64,000 bases of DNA from Diadema antillarum. Its lineage: Eukaryota. Below are positions 13,954 through 25,896 of this stretch, in pieces (the first letter of the stretch is position 1; every line of letters begins with the position of its first letter). Made by a program: the position numbers and the translations under genes. Where the stretch lies: contig NW_027272820.1 of the NCBI RefSeq assembly GCF_040938485.1, positions 310,001-374,000 on the forward strand, in the 5' to 3' direction. The notes beneath the pieces are model-generated. The model saw only the letters and a program-made list of their open reading frames with translations, ran no database searches and was not told the DNA's origin.

Positions 13954-14659
13954 TTTTGTGTGTGTGTGCGTGTGTGTCTAATTTTACACGCACTGTGGAG
14001 AAAGGGTGAGGGTGAGGGCGCTCTTGCACCATAGTTACAGGGACACTAATAGTTATCAGAGCTGTAGTTACTAGTATGCACCATCGCGTGACGTGAATCG
14101 GCCAAATTGGAACGTTTGTTGAAAGACTAGCTCTGGTACCATGTAAACCATACGAAAAACAAAGGTGATACCCAACTATATACAAAGACTTAAAGAACTG
14201 ATATATTGAATTTGATTCCTTGTTAACAAAATACATGTACTCAGTAATGTAAAGCTCTACTGAATAACTGAACTATAGTTGTGAATTCAGTCTCTGATAG
14301 TCGATCCCTAGTCTCCATGACACTGTGAAACAGGTGTGAAGTTACACGAGCTCAAAGTTAATAAATTTGGCTGATAAACGAGCTCAAAGTTAATAAATTT
14401 GGCTGAAGTACACCATGAGTGTTGGACATGACTATAGTAGAAAATATTCGGATCACTGAGGTGAAACTGATGAGGACGCCCTCTTGTGAGAACTGTATTC
14501 GCAATTGCCTAGTCCCCCATTCCACGTAACGGAGACCCGTGAGAGACCACCGAGGGACCCAAACTTAGAAAGATCCCTCATTGGTCTCCAAGACCAGACA
14601 AAAATAGTGTCTCCGTAGAATGGCTGGAGAGAGAGAGAGAGAGAGAGAGAGAAAGAAAA

Positions 14660-16010
14660 CCTTGAAAGACCACCGAAAGACCACAAAGTAATTTTCAAGT
14701 AAATTTCTCACAGATCTCTCCGGGACCTTGAAGATTGACGAACGTTCACAAAGAGACCAATAAGACTATTGAAAGATCACTGAAAGATAATCTGGCACTA
14801 TACTCCCTGGGATCTTTGAGAGATCAATCAAGATCTCTAAGAGATATAAAAGTAGTCTTTCAATGATCTCTCAATAATCTTTCTGTGATCTGCTTTAAAA
14901 AAAAAAGGTGGGAATTCTTGAGACTGTTGAAAGATAATTGAAAGAGTGGTAAGAACCCTTTGCACTCGTTGAGAGATCGCTGACAGACTGCTGAAAGACC
15001 ACTGATGAACAACCATTTTTATGAGAGACTGCGAACGATTATTTTGAATCACTTCAATTCACTGAAAAACCAAAAAGTCATTTTTTCCAGAGAAAACCTC
15101 AAAGATGGATGTGGGACCTTAAAGGGAAGATAAACCCAAAGAGCAATGTGGATTGAGTGAAAGCAGCAAAATTAGTAGAACACATCCGTGAAAGTTTGAG
15201 GAAAATCGGACAATTGATGCAAAAGTTATGAATTTTTAAAGTTTTGGTGTTGGAACCGCTGGATGAGGAGACTACTAGACGATATGACGTATGAGTGGAC
15301 AACAATACAAAGAAAATATAAAGGAAATTCAACAAAAATTCACTTTTCTAGAATTATGAAAGAGCAATGGACCAACCGCTTCCAGAAAGCAGGGGGAATA
15401 ATTGCTACCCTTAACATATGTAAATATCAAGTTGATGGAATTTGTAATTTTCATGAAAAATGGATTTTTGTAGTATTTTCTTTATATTTTCTTGGTATTG
15501 TTGTCCACTCATAGGTCATAACATCTAGTAGTCTCCTCATCCAGCGGTTCCAACACCAAAACTTTAAAAATTCATAACTTTTGCATCGATTGTCCGATTT
15601 TGTTCAAACTTTCACTGATGTGTTCTACTAATGCTGCTGCTTTCACTCAATCCACATTGCTCTTGGGGTTTATCTTCCCTTTAAAGATTGCTGAACGTTC
15701 ACAGGAGACCAATAAGACTGTATTGAGAGATCACCGAAAGATATCTGGCATACTCCCTGAGATCTTCAAGAGTGATCAAGATCTCTAAGAGACTATAAAA
15801 GTAGTCTTTCAATGATCCCTCAGTGATCTCTCAATAATCTTTCCGTGATCTTCTCCAAAAAATGTGGCAATTTTTGAGAGACTGTCAAAAGATAATTGGA
15901 AGACTAGTAAGACCCTTAAGCACTCATTGAGAGATCGCTGAAAGACCACTGAAAGATCATTTTTATGAGATTGCTGAAAGGTTATTTTGAACCACTTCAA
16001 TTTTCTCTTC
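14660..16010. repeat. Degenerate GAAAGATC/AGAGACC-rich repeat, internally duplicated and split by a MITE
   Basis: 14740-15060 resembles 15685-16005; a related reverse-oriented tract lies at ~16850-16940. Confidence 0.55.
15123..15680. mobile_element. Kolobok-type MITE with long TIRs
   Basis: TTAA|AGGGAAGATAAACCC ... GGGTTTATCTTCCCT|TTAA; inverted arms extend about 200 bp. Confidence 0.8.
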
Positions 16011-16084
16011 TTTTTTTAGACAATGCAGACCATGAAATTCACTGAAAGGTCACTTACGCCTCCATTCCTCATAGGCTAACTGTG

Positions 16085-16837
16085 ATTCCTACCGGGGGGG
16101 GGGGGGGGGGCACGTTTCGCGTGAATATTCCGCAACGCGTGATGCTCTCGCCGCGACATTCTATGACTTTTTTCTTTCAAGTATCGCGCAACTTTTGAGA
16201 CCAAATTTGTCGCTCCTGGGCATACCGTTTAGAAGCCACGCCCCTTTGAAAAATATCAATTGACCCAAAAATTGCTCAAGAACATGATTTGTGTACAAAT
16301 CCACTGTAAATTGTGTTTTTGCAATTACTTCATATAAAAATAAATATTTTTACTTTCAATGGCTGATAATGATTTATCTTAGCCTGATTATGCTTTAAAC
16401 AGTTTCTGCGACAAATTTTGACAAAAAACCCCCAACAAAACAAAGAGTAAAAAAACAAAGAAATACATAAGAAATTCAATAAACAATAAAATGCATAAGA
16501 AATAATTATGAAGCCGAATTTCTGCTTCAATACTAATGTTGAGGATATTGAAAAGAATATGTTCACCAAAAACTAAGTCTTGGAGCTTTATTTTTTGATT
16601 TATAGGCAATTTTTGTGTGTGCATAAATTAGCATAAATTGATCAATATGAAATACATGAATTTAAATTTGGAAAATCTAACTACAGCTGTATACAGTCTT
16701 GTAGATTACATTGGCCTCTACCTTGGTGCAAATTTTCGCGAGGATCGCGCGATCCATGACCGAGATCTGGAAGGGGGGGGGGGGCAAAAAGGCCCCCCGT
16801 GGTTTCAAGCCCCTCAAAAAACCTGGTGGGATTAGGG
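16085..16837. mobile_element. Degenerate piggyBac-type MITE related to 22431-23216
   Basis: Internal sequence similar to 22431-23216; right end ATTAGGG|TAA; left end decayed. Confidence 0.5.
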
Positions 16838-17409
16838 TAAATGACTGTAAATACTGATAAATCTCTCAATGATCTTCAAGTGATTTTTTTCAATGATCAT
16901 CAAGGTCTTTCATGATTCGTAAGTGATCTTTCAGTGAAAAGTGAATAGTTTAGGGATATTTTTGTTGGCCATAAGTGGGTCTATCAACTGATTCAAGACA
17001 GTCTCTTTTGTCTCAAGGGTTTCATTCTTCTTTGATCAGGTTGCTGGTTGGATGATGAATACTGAAACTACTTCACAATTCAAAATCATGTATATACTCT
17101 GGATTTGATCTTTGACTATCTTGAGGTGTATTCCACCATCAAATCAGTGAGTTTCCTGTCAAGTTTGTTTTGTTTTGTTTGTTGTTGTTGTGTGTTTGTG
17201 CGTGTGTTTTAAAGTTCAACCTCAATCAGATTTTGAAAAAAAAAAACCCCAAAAAACAACTCAATACTTTTACTTTGTTGTAGCGACAAATTTGTTGTAA
17301 CCATGTTCGATATTCATAACGGGAGTGCACTGTATACACAACCTGACATGAAAATCTCAACAGAGTACATTTCTTCTACTCCTTCTTCATCTACTTGTAT
17401 AAAGTACAA

Positions 17410-17580
17410 ATTCCACAGCAGAAGACACACAAATCCTAAAGTAGCAGACACGCATATACCATAGCTGCAGACACACGAATTCAATAGCAGCAGACACAAA
17501 AATCCCATCACAGCAAACAAACAAATCCTAAAGCTGTACACACACAAATCCCACAGCAGAATACACAAAACTCCCATAGT
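17410..17580. repeat. Degenerate ~21-bp minisatellite (GCAGACACACAAATCCCATA-like)
   Basis: About eight diverged tandem units seen. Confidence 0.6.
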
Positions 17581-17684
17581 ATCAATCGTTTGTATTGCCG
17601 TTCTAATGAGATATTATTTATTCCCTCTTTGACTCTTAGTCTCATATATTGCCATATTTTCAAGGTCATATACAAAAAACAAAC

Positions 17685-18928
17685 AAACCAAGAAATATCA
17701 CAATGGCAACAGATATGCCTCTGCTATTGGTCTAGAGTACGTCTTGAGCTAGCCTTTGCAACGGCAGCTTGCTATAATTTGAGGAGCTACAATTTGAGGA
17801 CACGCACACAGAGAGCATGCAGTTGTAGGACTCGCACACACAGCCCACGAGCGGCGAGCTGCGAGTGCTCCGATCAAATCACTGTGTGTGTGCGAGTCCA
17901 CTGCTCACTGTGTGCGAGTTCATAGTGAGATACCTTTGCAAAAGGCTAGTCTTGAGCCAATGTCAAATGTCAATGTTTGTCACAAAGGTGCCGAGTGTTC
18001 ACTTTCCTTGAACTAGGCTTTATTTGGATGGATGACTAAATTGTTCAAAAGACCAAATATGCAGCAATTTGAGCATTTTTACTCGACATTTGACACTTGC
18101 TTTTTGACTCTATGGCCTACAATTCTTCAAACATTCACTTATTGGTAACATCCATTTTCATGACACTACTTTGAGCTATTTCTAAAATATGGGAAAAATT
18201 TTGACATTCTAACATTTTCACTTGACCTTTGGCCCCTTGGCCAAAAACATTTTCCTACAGATTGAATTGTGCAGTAATTCATATATATACCTAGTTGGAT
18301 TAAGTTTATGCGTTGAGTTATCTCCAAGGTATGGAGAAAAATTGTATTTTCAGTTTCAATTTAATTTTGGCATTTTAAACCTGACCTTTGACCTTTGACA
18401 CATGACTGCCAAATTCCCAAGAGAATCATTTTCAGGCAGTATATGCATATGTACTAAGTTTCATGAAGAAACGTTGAGCCATTTCGGAGATATGGAGAAA
18501 AATATGAAATTTTAGCACTTTCACGTGGCCTTTGACCTTCGTCCCCATGGCCCAAAATTTTCCCTCGAGAGTCTTTAACTGGTAATACACGTATAAACAG
18601 TTTTGTGAAATACCTTCAGGCATTGCAGAAACATGGGAGAAATAAATAAATTTCAAGAATTTGACTTTGAACTTTGACCTTGGGCATGTGCACCTAAAAG
18701 TTGATAAACACAACTTTGTCTACCCATACATACATATGCCAAGTTGCATTGGGATATCTCAAACGGTTTGTAAGTTATGCTATCAACAAAATTGATTATG
18801 GACAGAAGGATGGACAGACTGTAGGATGGACAGAAGGACGGACAGATGGATGGATGGATGGACAGACAGATGGACAGACAACCCCAAAACATAATGCCCC
18901 TGGCAACACTTTGTGGCAGAGGCTCAAA
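17685..18928 (+). mobile_element. HINE-like element, copy 3 (older, interrupted by a MITE)
   Basis: Diverged 5' end AACAAGAAATATCACAATGGCAACAGATATGCCTCTGCTAT; GATG/GACA microsatellite; 3' GTGGCAGAGGC. Confidence 0.6.
17750..17948. mobile_element. MITE with 9-bp TSD (Mutator-like by TSD length)
   Basis: GTCTTGAGC|TAGCCTTTGCAA ... TTGCAAAAGGCTA|GTCTTGAGC. Confidence 0.75.
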
Positions 18929-21900
18929 AAGTGATTTCTGTCTCCAGGTTTGGCAAAACGTGCCATACCTGCTCATACAATGCAGATGTACAACTTTTCT
19001 ACTCGTGACAAACGAGGTATTCTACTTTTGTTTTATAAAATTCTTAGTCTTTGGTTACCACTATTCTGATGAAAACAGTGTCTGAATAGGTTTCATTTCC
19101 ACCTTATACTTTGTTTTAAATGATCATCAGTTTTGTCGTATGCTTTATGTGCAAGCTCTGCTTGTGACTGACCAACTGACTTCAAACCCTATAAAGGACC
19201 TATGCAATGCCAATGCATGTTGATTTGTGTTGATTTACATTACCCTGATGATCACTTGTGTGGCCAAAAAAATCTACAATTTTTCCTCAGATTACTTGAA
19301 TACACCAACAATCTTCAATACGAAGATTCTGTTGATGACATAATCTGTCAATTGCCACTTAACTACTAATATAATTGACAAAAGACATTGAAATGCACCT
19401 CCTCCTAGACCGGGCATAAAATGCATGTTTCTACATATCACTAATATGATCAACAAAAGACACTGCATGGAAACTGATTGATTATTGTTAATCACACGAC
19501 TTAATCTTTCACTTGAATGCTGTTAACTAGGTGTATAACCTTAACCTAGGTGTATAACCTTTAACAGCAATGCAAATGATTTTCTTCCCATTTGTTCTAA
19601 TCACAGATATTGATATTCTATCAATCTCTGATGGCCAACTGTGAACAAAATCGTATCAGTATTTCTTTCTTCTTTTCATGTGACCACAACATCTCAGTAT
19701 TTCATTTTCTGCGATACTTAGTTTGGTCTTCCCTTTTTTATTTTTTCATGATTGGTGAAAGTTATGAGAAAAGGTCTATTCATTGTTAAGATCAGGCATG
19801 GGAAAGACTTGAGGTATGATTGCATCAACCTCTAATAGTGCACCATGAAAACTTTCACAATAAATCTGTTGGTTTATAATACACATATCATTTGCAAATT
19901 TCAGTTCGTGTTCATCAGTGAGAAACGTTGCTATTTCGGGTAATTTCATTTGCTTTGAATCAAATATTCCTCGGCCCACAAACTGAATAGCATAACATGT
20001 TTACCACAATAATTGTTACTTTAGGTGCAATGAGTTACCGGCTATGTGCGATGCACACATTGATAGTCAATGAGAGGATCAATCTTTCACTTTGACGATG
20101 GTAAACCGTAAGATGATTATTTATATTTTCTTTGTGATTTTAGAGGAACCACCTGTGCTGCAAGCATCATCCATCTTGTGAATTAGCAGTTTCTGTTCTT
20201 GACGGCCAGCAGGAGACGGCATAGAGATTCCATTCAATGCACACAGCTTGTCAGCTTCATCCGCTGTACCACAGATGATTGTTGAGTACCTGCATATTAG
20301 TCAAACCATAATGTATTAATGTGACAAATTTCTAAATTACAGAGATGGTTTCTCACTTTCTGTTGAAGTCTAATCATCCAAGGTTTGATTCATCATGTCT
20401 TCAGTTTCTACCCACTACACTTTATTCATGACACAAAATAAGTTTGTGTCTTTTTATCAAATTATGTTTGTATATTCCAACATTAAATTTGGGTAAATAG
20501 TAAAATATCCGACAGTGATTTGAGTTTCAACCCTTTCAAAATCATACTAGTACATTTAATCAAGCGTTACTTAAATTATGCAAAAATAAGGAGGGCACGA
20601 ACAACTTTCCCATGCCAATTTGTTCAAGGGTAGGCTGATGACAGCACAATCACTTGTCATAATTTATGTGTGACATCTCCCCTGTAATGTGACAAATAAA
20701 TATGAAAGCTGGGTCCAAGAATGATGTTATTTGGCATTTATGGATAAAACTGAATTGGCATATATTGCCTTTGTGCAGAGAGGGGCAAAAGGTCAATCCA
20801 TGGTCAGTGGTTAGGATTAATGAGATTCATCAAAATACAATGAATCTCAACCTTGACCTATAGTGTATCACCACCATTATGTTCATTCAAATTGTCAATC
20901 TATTTCTGCTCTGCTCTGCTTATCAAACTAACATCACTGAACATACCTAGCTAAGTAGTGCCTTGATATGACACTTGTTTTAGAGTAGTGTTTTGTTTTG
21001 TTTTGTTTGCTTTTTTTTTTAAGCAGTGATATTTGACACTGACCAGTGACTTTTCACCACTATCATTTATGCTTTTCATTCGTACCCAGTATACTTTGTA
21101 TACATCAATTTTTGTCACTTATAGGCATTTGCGGACACTGCTCTGCTCTTCTGAGAAATCATTGAATTCACAGAATCTGTCCTTAGGGAGCATTACATGA
21201 TTTTGTTTGCATCTTTTTGCTATAATTACAATTACTTCAGGCCTTCAGCTGTATGTTGTATGGTGTGATCGAGCATCATAAAAATGATGTGTAGATAATG
21301 TGAAGATTCATCAAAATACATAATGAAAGGCAGGTTCTGTTTACAACATGATTACTGTGAGATCTAAAACATTTAGAGATGAATGTTGAATAACAGATTT
21401 TGTTATTGTTGTTGTTGCAAGAATACTCCTTCCAATTTGCACATTTTCTGTTTTGCTGTTCATCAACATTGCATCACACTACAGACATAGCCCTATTATA
21501 CCAAATATTTATACACTGAATATGGGTGCATATCAAGCGTACACAATATGAGGATCTAAATATAACATAGTAAATTAGCGGGACTTGATGACATCATAAT
21601 AACAGAAATCCCTATATCAATTAATGTCAAAGGAATTCTATAAAGTGCTGAATCAGCCTAGTTTTCTTATAGTGGGAGGTCAAATTATGCAACTAATAGA
21701 AATTACTGAGAGTATGTAATGATGTTCAGGGAGATCGCTCTCTTGTTACAGTAGGTTTCTGGGCATCAATTCATTGATACAAACGAGATGAAGTGCCTTG
21801 AAAGTGCTAAACAATAGATGTATGAATCAACTCGTCACACAGCATTTGGTTGTTCACGGTACAACTTTCTTTACAATGTCTATGAGGTGTGATGTATGGA

Positions 21901-22430
21901 AAAACGCTAAGATCATATTTACACTTACAGAAGACAATGTTTCTTCTGCCCAGGAACAACCTTTCGCTTTGTCTTGATGATAACATCCTTGGGGAAGACA
22001 TCCACCTCACCAAAAAACATCTTTAACATAGTCTTGCTTGCTCCAGCAGGAAGGTTTCCACATCGTACTGCTATCCCATCCAGCACTGTATTAAATAGAT
22101 CCATAGTCCAAAAAAGTATTTTAACTTTCTTTGGGTTTCAGATAAAGTTTTCCTGTCGTACAAAAAGAAAACTGATGTCAATGAGCTATGACATTTCAAA
22201 CAACAGAAGAGGAGAAAATGTTTTCAACCACAATGGACAGTCTATATCATGATTTTGATGGAATATAAACGTGCATAACATGCGAAATTATTTGTGTGCT
22301 TTTATTTTCACACTAGTTTCTGGTTGCACGAAATGTGCAAACATTTTTACACCACAAAAATTTCCACTTTTACATTAAGCAAATTTATGTTAATGATAGA
22401 ATATCATGTGATATCCAAGCTACAGTTTAA

Positions 22431-23216
22431 CCCTAACTAGGCCGGGGGGCCTCCGAGGCCCCCCTCGACGTTCCGCACGATGTATCGCTAACGCGAAAAG
22501 CTATCACCGCGACGTTTCATGATTTTTTTCTTTTGAGTCTCCCGCATCTTTTGACACCAAATTTGCGATGCCCGGGCGCGCTGTTCCAAAGTTGCGCATA
22601 AATATGTACATGTACATGTATGTGCATGTAAGACCAAAAATTGCTCAAAAATGTGAATTCGTGTACAATTTCAATGCAAAGTGTGCTTGCAGGCAAATTT
22701 CATAAAAGCATGATTATTTTGAGGTTTTATTGATTAAAATCAATTAATAACACATTTTCTTGTTCAGAACAATGTCGCGGACAAGTTTCATTGAAAAAAC
22801 AATGAAAAACATAAAGTCGAAAAAACAAAGAAATACAAAAGAAATTAAAAAAACAATAAAATACAAAATTTTTTCTGATGGCACAAATTTTTTCTCTTAT
22901 ATTTGCTCAGGACACTTAAAAGAATATTTGCACAAAAAATGTGCCCATTTTGAGCTTTATTTAGTGATTTATACCAAATTGTCTGATTTCATGCACTATT
23001 ATGCATAAATTAGCATAATTTAGCATAAATGATGATTTTTTTTTCTTAAATTTAACTTCATGGTACTTTAGATTACATCATAGGCAATGTGTGTGCCAAT
23101 TTTCGTCGCGATCGCGCGGTCGACGGCCGAGATCTGGGGGGGTGGGGGCCTGGCAGCCCCCCCCCCCCCCCCCCCCCGGCTCTATGATCTACCTAAATAG
23201 CCCGGCCTAGTTAGGG
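22431..23216. mobile_element. piggyBac-type MITE
   Basis: TTAA|CCCTAACTAGGCCGGG ... CCCGGCCTAGTTAGGG|TTAA. Confidence 0.85.
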
Positions 23217-23444
23217 TTAAGTGGCAATTACTGGTAGATCCACAGGTGAAAATAGTGATGATAATGAATCAAGACCAAGGATTGACTATGGTAAAAACTG
23301 ACCATTGACATTTTTCAGATATCATTATGTAAAATAGATTATTTAAAGAAAAAAAAATCAAATTTCATTTTATAAGCATTTCTTTAGATGCATTCAGAAG
23401 TGTTCTTTCCTGACCCTAAACACCTTTTTTAAAGACTGTCTTAC

Positions 23445-24222
23445 CCTTCTTGCTTTTCTTTGCTGAAGGCTTCAAATATGCACTATTAAGACGCTTCCTC
23501 TTCTTTCTTCTGTGTTTCCTCTTCCCTGTTCTTTCTTCACTCAATTTCCTGCTTTTCTTTCCCTTCAGTTGATCACTTGCTTTTCTTTCGTAGCTGGCTT
23601 CTGTTTTCTTGGTGAACTGCTTCAGGTCACTTGTGGTATGCCTGTCTTGAGACTTTGCACCAACACTCTGTGTTTCTTTAGTCAGTAATTCCATTGTCTT
23701 TTCCTCTGTGCTTGAATGAGACTTCTTATTTTTCAGAGGAAAGTCTATTTCGTCATCTTCCTCCTCCTCTTCCTCCTCCACCTCAGTATATCTTGGGTCT
23801 TTTTCTACCTCGCTCGAGGGTGCCGATTTCTGTGACACTTGCCAAGTTGTTGTAGAAGTTGTAGTCTTTGCAGGAGAAAATTTGCCTTTATGAGGTGCGC
23901 TGAACTTCATATCTCTCTTTTTCTTTGTTTTGGGGAAAGCTGCTGCAGTATCTCCATCCTCAGTGTTGACACTGCAGTCCTTGTCACTCTCTTCAAAAAA
24001 CAGTTTCTTTGCCAAGTGTGTATCAAAGGATTTTGTGGTACTCTTCATGATTCTAGGTACACTCCTTTGGCGCTTTTTACCAGTCGACATTCGATTTAAG
24101 ATCATCTCGCGCTTGAGCTTTTTGCCTTCAGTGGTCTTACTCTGAACAGCTCCCAGTTTGGTTCTGTTGCAATCCTTCTCTTCTGAAGAGAGAATGTTTT
24201 GACCTTTCATGTCTGATGTCTC
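23445..24222 (-). CDS. Open 778-nt exon encoding a Lys/Ser/Glu-rich, probably disordered region with NLS-like basic clusters
   Basis: ORF 23416-24288; acceptor tctttcttcatcag|GAG and donor AAG G|gtaag; poly-E tract; KRKHRRKKRKR. Confidence 0.6.
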
Positions 24223-24392
24223 CTGATGAAGAAAGACACACAAAATACCAATTGTTATACACGTAGCAATTAAAGTACAGGTATACAATTATTTGTATAA
24301 TGTAACTATGTGATTTCAACAATCAATATCAATTCCTACTTGTTCATCAAATTAAAGATTGCTAATTTTAGCATCTAAACCCCATTCCTTTA

Positions 24393-24738
24393 CCCGGTGT
24401 TCAGACGATCCCCCTCTTCGCGGGGAGCGCGTAGAGAGATTGTATCTTTTTTACGATCGACCGTCCACACGTGTCTTGATATCCCCGCTGAACGGGGGAC
24501 AAATCACGGCTAGGCACCGTATGCGCGTACAAAATGGCATTTTGAGCATGCGCACTTAGGAGGAAAACAGCTGCATGAGCTGCGCGCTCTGTCCCCCATC
24601 AGAATTTGTTGCCGGGCTCGACAAGCTTTCCGGGGGACAGGGGAATGTCCCACCGAGCGTCCACACGATGGGATTGCCGGGGGATGTCCTGGCAAACGGG
24701 AGATTCCCCTCGCAGCGGGGGATCGTCTGAACGCAGGG
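24393..24738. mobile_element. GC-rich MITE with TTA TSD (PIF/Harbinger-type by TSD)
   Basis: TTA|CCCGGTGTTCAGACGATCCCC ... GGGGATCGTCTGAACGCAGGG|TTA. Confidence 0.7.
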
Positions 24739-24989
24739 TTACTTTCACATGACTATTGTTGATTGTGACATCTTCCCTTCCCTTTTTTTCTGTAAATTCT
24801 TGTGCACAAAGGGTTGAGAAAATTTGACTACTTGATGTGAGAGCAAAATATAAATATCTAACATTACTTTTTCTTTCACCTATGACTCAAAATCATCAGC
24901 ATTTTCACACTCCTGAACATGCAAACAAATAATAAAAGTCTATAAAGAAAACTCTTTGTCATTGCTTATACTCCATCTAGGCCACTTTA

Positions 24990-25161
24990 GGCATTTTCAC
25001 ATCAGCCTGATGTTTCGAAATAGCGCGCTATTTGATAGTGTGAATACAAATTAGTGCACTAATTTTATTGCACTGATCGAGAAAATTTCTCGAGTCCAAC
25101 TCCGGAAATTTCCGAAATAGCGGGATAATTTGCGAACTAGCGCGCTATATGTGAAATCGCC
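24990..25161. mobile_element. Small MITE packed with internal palindromes
   Basis: GGCATTTTCACAT / ATGTGAAATCGCC termini; flanked by TTA and TCA. Confidence 0.5.
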
Positions 25162-25265
25162 TCAAGAAATAAGCATGATGCATCCCATCATGCCTAGCGT
25201 GTGTGACCCGACTCTACTGGTATACCCAACACTGTTTGCGCATGCTCAGCTGTCGAATTAGCTCG

Positions 25266-25859
25266 AAACTAGAAATGTCGCTATGGCGACTGGTATGCCT
25301 CCGCTATAACGCATGATTCTCCCAATAGGTGTATAGTACAATGTCGAATGTCTTCACAATGTGTGATGACAGTTTCACTTAACTGGCAAAATATGTTTTG
25401 AATGTTCACTTTCCTTGAACTACAAAAATTGTAGGTTTGCTATTTTGTCTAAGAGTGCAGGTACATGTATTTGGGGAATTGAAGATTTTTACTTGACTTT
25501 TGACCAACCCTTTCATAAGTTTATGCACTGAGTAATTTTCAAGGTATGAAGAACTAGAAATGTCGCTATGGCGACTGATGCCTCCGCCATAATGCATGAT
25601 TCTCCCAATAGGTGTATGGTATAATGTCTTCACAATGTGTTATGAGTTTCACAAAACTGACAAAATATTGAAATGACAGGTTTGTCAGAAATATCTTGAA
25701 TGTTCACTTTCCTTGAACTAGGTTTGCTGTAATTGTCTACGAGTGCAGGTACCTGTATTTGGGGAATTGAGAAATTTTACTTGACTTCTGACCGACCCTT
25801 TTATAAGTTTATGCATTGAGTAATTTTCAAGGTATGAAGAAAGAGTGTAATTACAGTAT

Positions 25860-25896
<37 letters not shown>

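Larger units (their letters stand above)
19776..24789 (-). pseudogene. Decayed multi-exon gene of unknown family: Lys/acidic low-complexity exon followed by globular-looking exons
   Basis: Putative exons with AG/GT boundaries at 24340-24789 (contains a MITE and an in-frame TAA), 23445-24222, ~21929-22152 (frame break; MDLFNTVLDGIAVRCG...), ~20150-20289 (YSTIICGTADEADKLC...) and 19776-~19986 (FVGRGIFDSKQMKLPEI...). Confidence 0.5.

Noticed and set aside
23245-23292. Apparent + strand mini-exon (GENSDDNESRPRIDY) between CAG and GTA
   Set aside because: No partner exons found and it is antisense to the better-supported minus-strand gene
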